Assembly (NCBI GenBank): GCA_013166835.1 | Contig: JABLTI010000047.1 | Span: 1 to 38,398 of the forward strand | Length of the DNA: 38,398 bases | Reading direction: 5' to 3' | Source: Promethearchaeati archaeon | GTDB taxonomy: Archaea > Asgardarchaeota > Heimdallarchaeia > JABLTI01 | Shown here: positions 9,960 through 19,429 of the stretch, one piece after another | Position numbering within the stretch: the first letter of the stretch is position 1 | Layout of the letters: every line of letters starts with the position of its first letter | Position numbers and translations under genes: made by a program | The notes under the pieces: generated by a model | Told to the model about the DNA's origin: nothing | The model's input: the letters and a program-made list of their open reading frames with translations, nothing else | The model's database searches: none

Positions 9960-10095
9960 ATTTCATCTAATATATTCCTTCTTTTTTTCTTCAAATAATA
10001 TTATCAGATTATGTAGATACTACATGTCTTAATATCTCAAAAATTCCTTTTGTAGCCAGTAGTTGAGGTAATTCGAGTAATAAGGTGAAGAGCAA

Positions 10096-10746
10096 TTGAA
10101 TTTGCAACAAATATGGATTCTACAAGAATCAGGAACTTGTCTGTTTCATCAAAAATTTGATAATAGTAGCAACGATGAGAATTTAATTAGTGGTTTTTTA
10201 AGTGCAGTAAATTCCTTTGTTGGTTCATTTGGTGCAGAAATAAAATGGATTGAGACAGACAGATATAGATTCGTTTTCAAAATGACTAATCAATTAATCT
10301 TTGTCGCATGTACAGATCCGAATGAGCATGCTCCGGTGACCTATAAGCGATTAAACCGTGTAGCAGATCATTTTGATCTAATGTTTGGTAAGGAGTTCTT
10401 AGTATCAGGAGAGCCCATTCCTATTGATAGGTTCAAAAAAATTGCTCCTACAGTAAGCAGGTTATTTGGCATCAAAGAAGAAACTAGAAGAGAATTAGGA
10501 ACTCAATCTAAAGAACTAATCAAACAAGAATTACGATTTGATTCGAAAGAAGCTCGTCTAATGTCCTTTATTCGTTACAAAAGACGAGTATCAGTAACTG
10601 AGATTGTACGTTTTCTTAGAATATCTGACAAAGATGCTGAATCAACACTAACAAAATTAGAATCTAATAGATTTGTTCAAAAAATGGAACGACCTGATGG
10701 AACAGAACATTATGGTTTGCATCCAGTCGTACGTGGAGCATTTTAA
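10096..10746 (+). CDS. Longin-like domain fused to a C-terminal winged helix
   Basis: N-terminal IWILQESGTCLF…DENLISGFLSAVNSF is typical of Asgard longin-like domains; C-terminal VSVTEIVRFLRISDKDAESTLTKLESNRFV…HYGL is wHTH-like. Confidence 0.7.
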   Translation: MNLQQIWILQESGTCLFHQKFDNSSNDENLISGFLSAVNSFVGSFGAEIKWIETDRYRFVFKMTNQLIFVACTDPNEHAPVTYKRLNRVADHFDLMFGKEFLVSGEPIPIDRFKKIAPTVSRLFGIKEETRRELGTQSKELIKQELRFDSKEARLMSFIRYKRRVSVTEIVRFLRISDKDAESTLTKLESNRFVQKMERPDGTEHYGLHPVVRGAF

Positions 10747-10814
10747 AGTACCAGTTGAAGATAGCTCTCATTTTAGAGGATTCTAAAAAAGTTATGTCCT
10801 CCTTTTTCTTACCA

Positions 10815-10959
10815 TCACCAGAAAAGGAAAATTGACAGACCAATTATCGCTGCTATCCTTATACAGACAGAAATCCAGCTCAGAGTAAACGCAATTGAAC
10901 CTTTGGAACTTCCATTTGCATTATTTCCTGCAACAATAGATATCATTTCTCTTGCTCAA
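10815..10959 (-). pseudogene. Internally deleted third paralog of the adjacent zinc-ribbon/DUF4190-like genes
   Basis: GGTGAG SD (10966-10971) + TTG 10959 reads MSKRNDIYC, like the paralog N-termini; another frame reads SIVAGNNANGSSKGSIAFTLSWISVCIRIAAIIGLSIFLFW*, like their C-terminal TM region. Confidence 0.55.
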
Positions 10960-11056
10960 ATTTATCTCACCTTTATATTGTCACTTATTAGCAAATTATT
11001 AGCTATTCTTGAAAATATATAATGCCTAAATCTCTGATGAAAGAAATTACTTAATT

Positions 11057-11515
11057 CTAAGCATAAAGAGGTATGAAAATCACCATTAATATTATTCCAA
11101 CTATTATAAAGAATGAATAGCCTAGAATTAACCCAATCAATCCTGTGATACTTTTAGATCTACTTCTAGCTATGTGACCCATTATTATAGCAATGATATG
11201 CCCAATAACTGGTAAAATACCGATCCATCCAATTATTCCCATAATAAGTGAAAATATACCCATTGCGTCGTCTTCTTTCTTTTGTGGAACATAAACAGTT
11301 GTTGTCTGTTGATAGTATTGTTCTTGTTGAGTAGCTGGTTGCTGATAGTAACCAGTACTTGCTGATTGTGGTGTTTGAATTATTTGTACTGTGCTTGTTT
11401 TTTCAACATCCGATAGAGCAACTCCACAGTTCTGACAGAATTGTGAACCACTTTCTATTGCGGAACCACAAAAGAGACAGTAATCCTCGTTTCTATTCAT
11501 TTCTTTGTTCTCCAC
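11057..11515 (-). CDS. Zinc-ribbon + Q/Y/T-rich linker + DUF4190-like membrane domain
   Basis: CLFCG…FCQNCG, low-complexity linker, GIFSLIMGII…IAIIMGHIAR…GLILGY. Confidence 0.8.
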   Translation of the reverse strand: MENKEMNRNEDYCLFCGSAIESGSQFCQNCGVALSDVEKTSTVQIIQTPQSASTGYYQQPATQQEQYYQQTTTVYVPQKKEDDAMGIFSLIMGIIGWIGILPVIGHIIAIIMGHIARSRSKSITGLIGLILGYSFFIIVGIILMVIFIPLYA

Positions 11516-11643
11516 ATTGTATAAGTTTTCATACTAAAAAAAGATTATGAGATGAGTACAAAACTTATTTGTACTATCTCTTTTTCGATATGTCCTTTTA
11601 CGGATATTCTCATAAATCATTGATGGAATTGTTCCAAGTTAGG

Positions 11644-12090
11644 TTAAAAAAGCGAATACCAATCCAAAGCAAATAGAAGTATAAGGTAGACAGCAACACC
11701 AACGACATACAATCCAATACCAATATAACCTAAGACCAGACCTATTGAACCATATTGGCTTTCACCTTTACTTTTTGCACTGTGACCCAAAACAATAGCT
11801 ACAATGGATCCTATACAGGGCAAAAATCCAACACAACTTAAGATTCCAAAGATCAAAGATATTAAACCTGTATTATCATCTTTTTTCTGTGGTGCATAAA
11901 CTGTTGTCGACGGTTGCTCATAGGCAGGGGTTGTGCCATAAGACTCTTGAGGTGGGGGCGTATAAGCTGGTTGAGCAGATTTACTTGGTCCTGCATCTCC
12001 TGTGATAGAAGCTCCGCAATTTGGACAAAACTGAGAACCACCTTCTATAGCAGACCCACAATATGGACAATGATTAACATTTTGACTCAT
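11644..12090 (-). CDS. Zinc-ribbon + P/Y-rich linker + DUF4190-like membrane domain (tandem paralog)
   Basis: CPYCG…FCPNCG; shares TTVY.PQKK.DD..G..SLI.GI with its neighbour. Confidence 0.8.
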   Translation of the reverse strand: MSQNVNHCPYCGSAIEGGSQFCPNCGASITGDAGPSKSAQPAYTPPPQESYGTTPAYEQPSTTVYAPQKKDDNTGLISLIFGILSCVGFLPCIGSIVAIVLGHSAKSKGESQYGSIGLVLGYIGIGLYVVGVAVYLILLFALDWYSLF

Positions 12091-12295
12091 TTAGTAATAT
12101 CTCCTACTTTTCAGAGGTAATTTATATCTATGATTAATTAATATTTTAGCTATTAAAATCTTTACAGTTGAATATTGGTCTGATAGAGCATTCCAAGAAC
12201 TACATTACTTCTTTCTTGAACATCCCAAATGATAATACAAAAGTAAAGACATTAACAACTTGACATTAAGATTGAACAAGAATACTCACAGCGGA

Positions 12296-13237
12296 TTATG
12301 TTAGTAAGATAATATTTAGTTCCGTGTATAATTCACCCATTTGATACAAGCCATCAAATTCTTTTCTGGTTATTTTCTTGTAAGCTAATCCTAGAATTCT
12401 TTCCAATTCATCCTCATCGAATGATGTGTCAGGTCGGATATAAGGGATCCAGACATTGTACATCTTTTCATAGATAATGGATCGAAAATTAGGTCTTTTG
12501 CCTGTAATGGCGTTTATGAGTTTCAAAGTTTGTAACTCAGTGAATAACTCATAAGCTAAAGCTCTAACTCCTCGTCTATCTTGCCTAACCCAAGAACCAA
12601 TTGGTTTGGAATAATTCAATAATTTTACAACTTCATGAAGAAACATATCATCTCTTTCGATCATAACTTTTGAAGTTTCAATGTAAGCAATATCAGAATA
12701 AGTGAGTTTATGGGATAATCGACCATCAATAGGATATAGAAGACAGATAATCGGGTATTTTCTCTTCCATGATATTCCTGGAAGCTTGAGTGATTCTTCT
12801 TGCAATTTAGACCAATATTTAGAATATTTCTTCTTAATTTCTTCTCTGGTATTTTCTAACTCTTTTTCACTTTCTTTCGTTAAGACATTTTTCTTGTAAT
12901 AATTTAGGATTTCAGACACGATATCTATTAATTTCTGAATTTCCTCAAGCCACTTTTCTCCAAACTTTCCTCTCGGAGGATTTTGCTCTATATATCTTGC
13001 TAATTTTCTTGGTGACTCAATATCGTGGAGAACCACTATATTTCTAGCCCAAGGTAAGAAATGTTTGAATCGAGTAAACTTTATTTCTCTGATAACTTTG
13101 TATAACGCTCTTGCTTCTTTGTCCCGTTCTATCCAACTTATTTTTTTCTTTAAAGGTCCATGGTACTCAAAATAATATAGGGCATCAGCTAAATCCGAAT
13201 GATAGAATTTTATTAGTTCACTCAATTGTCTCACCAT
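12296..13237 (-). CDS. Hypothetical protein, possibly a degenerate zincin-like fold
   Basis: 313-aa ORF; FLHEVVKLL (HExxK) followed by a downstream Glu helix YELFTE. Confidence 0.55.
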   Translation of the reverse strand: MVRQLSELIKFYHSDLADALYYFEYHGPLKKKISWIERDKEARALYKVIREIKFTRFKHFLPWARNIVVLHDIESPRKLARYIEQNPPRGKFGEKWLEEIQKLIDIVSEILNYYKKNVLTKESEKELENTREEIKKKYSKYWSKLQEESLKLPGISWKRKYPIICLLYPIDGRLSHKLTYSDIAYIETSKVMIERDDMFLHEVVKLLNYSKPIGSWVRQDRRGVRALAYELFTELQTLKLINAITGKRPNFRSIIYEKMYNVWIPYIRPDTSFDEDELERILGLAYKKITRKEFDGLYQMGELYTELNIILLT

Positions 13238-13362
13238 TGAATGAAAGAGTTATTCCTAACATTATTTTTAACTTTTGTCTAATCGAAGGAAATGTTATAT
13301 TAGTATCAGCGTAGGAATCGGAAGAAAGAAATAACCTTGTTTTTCAAGAATAGCTGAGAACA

Positions 13363-13857
13363 ATGGTTGTGTTAACAAAAGCGAATACATTCTTAATTCA
13401 AGTTGATAGTACTCGCAAAAACTACGTCCCAAGCAGCTATGCCAATATTCCTGGTGAACCTATTTTCGCTGAGGATGTTCTTTTGCACAATCGCTTCAAA
13501 TTAGATGAAGAATCCATAGCTCTTAATCCAGATTTTCATAAAGTAGGTTCAAATGATTATTTACTTGTCTTTTGTAATCCCCTTGTTCCTCATTCACCTA
13601 ATCAGATCAAATTTATCTTCAAAGTTGTAAATAAACTTGGAAATCAAATTGTCCTAAAATCTTTTACAAAACTAAAACGTGGTTATACTCTCAAACACAT
13701 CAAATCTCTAGTAGAGGAGGGGAAACTAGCAAAAGAAATGCTGAAGTGTGGGACAAAAGGTTTCAAAATTTGTCAAGTTAACTTCTCTGACTTAGAATTA
13801 TTAGTGAATTTCGATCCTTTAGTTCGAACTTATCATTCTACAAGCTGGAAAACATAA
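13363..13857 (+). CDS. Hypothetical protein
   Basis: 164-aa ATG ORF filling the gap between neighbours; no recognised motif. Confidence 0.55.
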   Translation: MVVLTKANTFLIQVDSTRKNYVPSSYANIPGEPIFAEDVLLHNRFKLDEESIALNPDFHKVGSNDYLLVFCNPLVPHSPNQIKFIFKVVNKLGNQIVLKSFTKLKRGYTLKHIKSLVEEGKLAKEMLKCGTKGFKICQVNFSDLELLVNFDPLVRTYHSTSWKT

Positions 13858-13863
13858 GATGAA

Positions 13864-15030
13864 TTAAGCTACTCCAAAAAACTCGTCAGCTCCTATTCCC
13901 AGGAAAAGCATCTTGATTTCAGCATTTGTTTTATCTTTATGCTCTTTTCTATAAGCAATAATTTTATGTAAACATTCAGAACATAGCTTCTTTCCATCCA
14001 TGATCTCCATTGCTCTCGCTAACTCCATTTCATCTCGAGAAACTTCTTCATTCAAAACTTTAATTGGATTATGTGTAGTTAAACAGCAAACAATATTATC
14101 AGAATTTGAGAAAATAGAATTAGCACAATTATCAGCCCCTGTTTTCAAAATATCTGTATCAATTTGTATTCGTTCAATAATTTCTCCTAAATCTAAAACC
14201 TTTACAGTTTTCGCATCCCCTTCTTCTGAATTCATGCAAAACGTGTCTCCACCATTTTCAATTAGTAACTTGGGACAACCATGATACAGCTTCGTTTTAC
14301 CATGACTTAAAGCAGCGGTAAACGCTAGAGAGAAGATGATAGCAGCAATTATAATGAACAAAGACGATGGTTGTAAGGCATCTTGAAAACCGGGAATGAA
14401 TTGAAACAAATAAATGGATATTAATGCTCCACCAAACCCAAAAGCAAAGACATATGTGAATAGATTCATTCTTCTTCGTAAATCTGGAAATGATGTTGCT
14501 CGTTTAGCCATCATACGCATTTCGATTACAAGTAAAAGGAAAATCAGAAACATGATCAAAACACTGATGATTGCAAAGGCTAGTTTAAATTGAGTATTCA
14601 CACCATAATTTGATTTTGTTGGAACCAATTCAAGGATGTCTTTATCCAAAAATAACCATAATGATAAACTAAATGCTGGTATGAAAACAAAAACGTGTAA
14701 ATATCTTGGAATGGATTTATATTTTGCTCTCCAGAAAAATATCGAGAAACTTAAAGCTGGTATGGTCATAAGAAATAATGAAAACATCATTAATTTATCG
14801 AACCAAATTGCAACGTTATTATTCCCTAATAGGTAATAAGACTCTTTCAATAAACTAAAAATCACAGCCAAAACTCCCCCAAAAAAGGTAATTAAACCAA
14901 ATAAAATATTCGCTAGATTGCGTTTGTTCTTGGAAATTATTACAATCGTAGCAATTGTACCTAAGGGAATTGCAATCGCGTCGATTATTAGTTTACTACT
15001 AACCAAATTTTGTACTATCCACTTTGCCAA
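13864..15030 (-). CDS. Seven-TM membrane protein with a Cys-rich soluble C-terminal domain
   Basis: About 7 hydrophobic segments in aa 12-242, KNKRNLANILF after TM1 (HisKA_7TM-like); C-terminus has HGCP…FC, NC…CC and CSEC. Confidence 0.65.
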   Translation of the reverse strand: MAKWIVQNLVSSKLIIDAIAIPLGTIATIVIISKNKRNLANILFGLITFFGGVLAVIFSLLKESYYLLGNNNVAIWFDKLMMFSLFLMTIPALSFSIFFWRAKYKSIPRYLHVFVFIPAFSLSLWLFLDKDILELVPTKSNYGVNTQFKLAFAIISVLIMFLIFLLLVIEMRMMAKRATSFPDLRRRMNLFTYVFAFGFGGALISIYLFQFIPGFQDALQPSSLFIIIAAIIFSLAFTAALSHGKTKLYHGCPKLLIENGGDTFCMNSEEGDAKTVKVLDLGEIIERIQIDTDILKTGADNCANSIFSNSDNIVCCLTTHNPIKVLNEEVSRDEMELARAMEIMDGKKLCSECLHKIIAYRKEHKDKTNAEIKMLFLGIGADEFFGVA

Positions 15031-15208
15031 TAATTGTCCCTTAATCCCGCTTTGTATTCACTGTTTGAAGTTTTTAAATCATATATACCATAAGGATATT
15101 ACTTAAAAAATCATTCTAGATAGAACAGACTGCAAAACTAGATAAACATAAATTAAAAAAGATAAAAATCCTAATAGTAACAACTGTAGATAAAACTGTG
15201 ATTGAACT

Positions 15209-15934
15209 ATGAATATCAAATGCTTTAATTGTTCCAGCGAAATAAATGAAGCCCAACCTATTTGCCCAAATTGTTTTGTTGTACAAAAAAAGCGATTTAC
15301 TCGAGAAAAAGTCATTGATTTTCTAGAAGCAACTTATCCAACGAAACTAATACATAAACCAAAATTCGAATCCATTCAAAAACCACTGAAACAAAGATCT
15401 CATGGTGATTGGCTCGTTTTTGGTATTGCAACATTCGGAATAGGTTACTATTACTATTTGTTAATGACATTGAAGGATCTTTCAGATCATTGGTTTTATC
15501 CGCATGGACCGTATGAAAATACAACAAAAGTTGATATGTTTATTTCTACATTACTTGTTATTGTAACTTATTTCATAGGAGCTCCATTTATTCAATATAT
15601 GAGATATGAGAAACTACGCAGGCATTTACAAAAATCACCAGATCGAGAAGAGAGAAAGTTTCCACTGAAAGGAAAAAATATTGCTTTGTGGTATTTATTC
15701 CTAAATGTTCTATTCGTAGGTGCATTTTCATTGCTAATTATAGGATTATTATCTGCATTGCTGGGTTTTGTATTTGAAAATCCTTCAACACTCATAATGT
15801 CTATTTTCTTTGCAGGGGCAGGAATTGTGTTTATTCTTATGATATTTGTTGGAGTTTTGGTTTTAATGTTTGAGAGAAGATGGCAATCAACATACAACTC
15901 TCACATTCAGTGGCATCAAAAAAATCTTGGATGA
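15209..15934 (+). CDS. Zinc-ribbon membrane protein (DUF4234-like)
   Basis: CFNC…CPNC; LVFGIATFGIGYYYY; four TM segments; WQSTYNSHI. Confidence 0.65.
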   Translation: MNIKCFNCSSEINEAQPICPNCFVVQKKRFTREKVIDFLEATYPTKLIHKPKFESIQKPLKQRSHGDWLVFGIATFGIGYYYYLLMTLKDLSDHWFYPHGPYENTTKVDMFISTLLVIVTYFIGAPFIQYMRYEKLRRHLQKSPDREERKFPLKGKNIALWYLFLNVLFVGAFSLLIIGLLSALLGFVFENPSTLIMSIFFAGAGIVFILMIFVGVLVLMFERRWQSTYNSHIQWHQKNLG

Positions 15935-16033
15935 TTATTGAAAGAGAATTATCTTACTGAATTTTATTACTCAGAAAGTTAATAATTCTAGTTTTAAATT
16001 ATTTCTACATAAAATTGAATAGGTGTTTGTATC

Positions 16034-17119
16034 GTGAGAAAAAGGTCATCTTTGAATGCAATGGTTTTTCTCTTAATTATCTGTATCAGTTCAATATTTG
16101 TGATTAAGAGTCAAAATTCAAATCAAGTCGCAAATATGAATGAATTATATAGTGAAAAAATTCTAGGGGAGGATCTTTTTGGACAATACTTTAGCGATCA
16201 AATCAAACCTAGACCAATGATTGAAGCAGATGATGAACCTATCTTCTGGGATGTATTCAATGGCAGCGAGATCATCTATAATCCTGTTGTTTTATATGTG
16301 AATTATTTTTACTGGGATGCTTTACCTTTCTATGATGATAATGAAGAGTATGTTTTTGAGATGTTTGCGAATGAAAGTACTATTTTTAATTCGAGTTATC
16401 TTTACTCTCAATACAATGCTTATTATTGGTGGTTGGGTTACGACTGGAATGTGAGTATTTATGAACCAGGTACTTTAATCAACATCACAGCGTTTTTCTA
16501 TCAAGAAAATAATCATAACTTAAATCATACAGCATCTATTCTTGTTACCATTAGTGAATTAAGTGAAACTCCAACAATAGACATGGAAGATTTTACTATC
16601 GATCTTCAGCATTTTGCAGGATCCTATGTTACAGGAGGAGCTTATTGGTACTATGAACCAACAGGACTGAATCCTTACTATCACTTTGCTATCTTCCCTG
16701 ATGGCTATGTTGAATTCAAATTTGGAGATCGAGAGTTATACCAAAGTAGTGATTTAACTTCAATTGATGTTAAAGGTTTAATGCAAGATCTAATCGACCT
16801 TGGTTTCTTTCAACTAAAAACACTGTATCAATCTCCCAACTATATAGTTGATTTAGGTTGGTTGTCTTGGTATTATATTAAAGTAGAATCAAAAAGTGTA
16901 CAAGAAGATAGAAGTGCAGAAGAAGCTGATGATTATGTGATTCGTCCTGTTGCTTACTCGAATTGCTTACAAGCAATAAAAGATCGCGTAGACAATATTT
17001 ATTTTGAACCCTTGAAATGGAAATGGCGTCTTTTCTTCATTATTTCTGGTTCATCTCTTGGTGGTCTTGGTGTACTTTTGTATGGAGTCTATGTATTCAC
17101 TTATCGAAGAAGACGATAG
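16034..17119 (+). CDS. Surface-exposed protein with signal peptide and C-terminal membrane anchor
   Basis: N-terminal basic + hydrophobic segment; aromatic/acidic beta-rich body; C-terminal TM followed by RRRR. Confidence 0.65.
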   Translation: MRKRSSLNAMVFLLIICISSIFVIKSQNSNQVANMNELYSEKILGEDLFGQYFSDQIKPRPMIEADDEPIFWDVFNGSEIIYNPVVLYVNYFYWDALPFYDDNEEYVFEMFANESTIFNSSYLYSQYNAYYWWLGYDWNVSIYEPGTLINITAFFYQENNHNLNHTASILVTISELSETPTIDMEDFTIDLQHFAGSYVTGGAYWYYEPTGLNPYYHFAIFPDGYVEFKFGDRELYQSSDLTSIDVKGLMQDLIDLGFFQLKTLYQSPNYIVDLGWLSWYYIKVESKSVQEDRSAEEADDYVIRPVAYSNCLQAIKDRVDNIYFEPLKWKWRLFFIISGSSLGGLGVLLYGVYVFTYRRRR

Positions 17120-17129
17120 AATTCCAAGA

Positions 17130-18137
17130 TCATTTCTGATTTTTTTCTTTCCAAAAAGTTGATGAGATAAATTGAACAAGAAAATTCGCAGCATTAATTG
17201 CAGTTGTATCTGCAGTATCATATAAAGGATTTAGCTCAACAATATCCATACCAATAAGGTTTGTTTTTTCAGCGATTGATTGGATTATTTTCATTATTTG
17301 ATTTGGAGTCAAGCCATCTGGTGTCGGAGCACTAACGCCTGGAGCATAAATTTGATCAAGACTATCCATATCAACTGAAATATAGGTTAAATCAGTTCCT
17401 TTAGTAATTCTTTGTATTGTTTTTTCTATTACGGAAGCTAATCCCTTTTCACGAATATCTTCTATTGTGAAAATTAATCCGTTTTTATCTTCAACATACC
17501 TACGATAAGTTCTAGCATTTGTGAAATTACGAATACCAATTTCCACAAAATTTTCTCCGGAAACGAGACTATTATCTAAAATGCGTCGAAAAGGTGTTCC
17601 GCTTGTTATCCTCCCCTTAATAACTTCTCTAACGTCAAGATGAGCATCAATATTAATTAATCCTATTTTTTTTGGATTATTAGCTTCTTTTAATCCCTTA
17701 ATAATGGGATAGCTTATTGAATGATCGCCCCCTAAAATAATAGTTTTAAAACCTCGTGAAGCTATTTTGTTTATTACCTCACTTATTAAATCATGAGCTT
17801 CTACAACCGAATCAGCTTCAAGTATTATATCTCCAAAATCAATGACTTTTTCATCACCAAACCAAAAATCCTTAGACCAGTCATAAGCTTTGAAATATCG
17901 AATTGAATCCCTGATTTTCTTAGGACCACCTTTTGCTCCTTTTCGGCCCAGCACTGCGGAATCAAAAGGAATTCCTACAAGCCCTATACCAGGACCCTTT
18001 TCTCCTGTCCAGCACTCGAAGATATCCAGCATTCTTGTCTCATTTGGATCAAATCCCTTTTTTTGATGTGGTTCCCATTCTCTTAAACACTCTGAAATTG
18101 TGATTTTATCTTCTAAGTGATCTATCTTTCTTTCCAT
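17130..18137 (-). CDS. hutG: Formimidoylglutamase (arginase/ureohydrolase family)
   Basis: GRKGAKGGP, GGDHS, NIDAHLDVR, SGTPF, DMDSLD…APGVSAP, ELNP. Confidence 0.8.
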   Translation of the reverse strand: MERKIDHLEDKITISECLREWEPHQKKGFDPNETRMLDIFECWTGEKGPGIGLVGIPFDSAVLGRKGAKGGPKKIRDSIRYFKAYDWSKDFWFGDEKVIDFGDIILEADSVVEAHDLISEVINKIASRGFKTIILGGDHSISYPIIKGLKEANNPKKIGLINIDAHLDVREVIKGRITSGTPFRRILDNSLVSGENFVEIGIRNFTNARTYRRYVEDKNGLIFTIEDIREKGLASVIEKTIQRITKGTDLTYISVDMDSLDQIYAPGVSAPTPDGLTPNQIMKIIQSIAEKTNLIGMDIVELNPLYDTADTTAINAANFLVQFISSTFWKEKNQK

Positions 18138-18262
18138 GAAATCATCTCTTATTAATACTCTAATCTCACATATTGCTAAGAGATAATTGCTTTTTTCATT
18201 TATTTTCTGTTAAAATTAATTTAGAAAACAGTATAAAATAATAAAAAAAATAGAAACAGAAA

Positions 18263-18281
18263 TCAGATCTGTTTGATCTGA
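18263..18281 (-). terminator. Hairpin + T-tract after rps3ae
   Basis: TCAGATC-N5-GATCTGA, followed on the minus strand by TTTCTGTTTCTATTTTTTTT. Confidence 0.5.
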
Positions 18282-18296
18282 CTTTCAAAATATTAA

Positions 18297-19007
18297 TTAT
18301 GTTTTGACTTCTGCTGGTTTTTCCACTGGAGCTTCTTCTTTTGGAGCTTCCTTAGCAGGTGCTGGTTTTGGAGCTTCTGGTTCTAAGACCATAGTTGGAA
18401 GGTTAAGAACTCTTGATTTCCAAACATCAACATTCTGAATCGGGTGAACTTTCTTAGCTCTTTTGTAGATTTCAGTAGCCATTTTTCCTGTTACCAAATC
18501 CATAATATGCTTATCAAAAGGCATTCTTTCTGCACGTTTAGTAATTACGTCATACATTACTTCTCTTATACCTCTTTCATGACTTGATTTGCATCTGAAA
18601 GGAGTTAATGCTATAATACTACAGCGCAAACGAGCACCATCTTTTGTGGTAACATTGAAAATACCATCAATTCGAGTTCGTCGTCGACGAATCATTGAAC
18701 GTAAATAATCGCGAGTATATTCATGACCATTAAAATCTGTAACTGCATTATCACCTTTTACTTTCTGCACTTTGAAGGTGATTTTTACATGCATTTTCTT
18801 ATAATCACCAGTTAAATCCATTAAAGTGGATTTTAGAGTTCTGCCTACTACATACTCTGGATCAGAAGATGGAGTTTCTGCGATTTGTTCCCCACCAAAC
18901 ATTTCAGGGGCCATCACTTTATACCAAGTCTTTAATGTGAATTTATCAATAACTCTTCTGCTTTCTTTATCTTTTCTTTTTCTACCTCGGGCTGCTCTAC
19001 TACTCAA
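18297..19007 (-). CDS. rps3ae: 30S ribosomal protein S3Ae (eS1)
   Basis: DKFTLKTWYKVMAPEMFG, GRTLKSTLMDLTGD, TRDYLRSMIRRR.TRID; TTG start. Confidence 0.96.
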   Translation of the reverse strand: MSSRAARGRKRKDKESRRVIDKFTLKTWYKVMAPEMFGGEQIAETPSSDPEYVVGRTLKSTLMDLTGDYKKMHVKITFKVQKVKGDNAVTDFNGHEYTRDYLRSMIRRRRTRIDGIFNVTTKDGARLRCSIIALTPFRCKSSHERGIREVMYDVITKRAERMPFDKHIMDLVTGKMATEIYKRAKKVHPIQNVDVWKSRVLNLPTMVLEPEAPKPAPAKEAPKEEAPVEKPAEVKT

Positions 19008-19171
19008 TTTTTTTTTCTCCTACTTGTTATCAAACAAACATTCTATTCATAAGTTCTTGTGTATTTTGTTATCTAATATAGATACCAAGATATATTCGAG
19101 ACAAAATCGTCTCTATTAAAACATTTTCCTTTTATTGAGAATATAAAATGTCCCACACTTTTGGTTAAGAA

Positions 19172-19429
19172 CTACATTTGTACATTTTTTATAGTCTTAT
19201 ATGACAAATCTATCTTTTCAAAATAATCTTCAAGTGTTCTCAATAAATCCAAAATAGATTTCTCAGATTTTATGTAAAGTACTATTTTGTTTCCTTCAAT
19301 TTTAGATGAAGAAATAACTCCTTCTGGGGTCTCTTGATTTTCCGGATAAGTTGAGTTATTAATAGTTTCAGCAATGTGATTATTCTCGAAGACCAGTGTA
19401 ACTTGGATTTCCGAATAGAACCTATTTAG
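19172..19429 (-). CDS. pcc1: KEOPS subunit Pcc1 (not in ORF track; no ATG/GTG/TTG start)
   Basis: Open frame LNRFYSEIQVTLVFENNHIAETINNSTYPEN…KIEGNKIVLYIKSEKSILDLLRTLEDYFEKIDLSYKTIKNVQM*; occupies the pcc1 position of the conserved archaeal rps15-recJ-pcc1-rps3ae order. Confidence 0.75.
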   Translation of the reverse strand, partial: LNRFYSEIQVTLVFENNHIAETINNSTYPENQETPEGVISSSKIEGNKIVLYIKSEKSILDLLRTLEDYFEKIDLSYKTIKNVQM

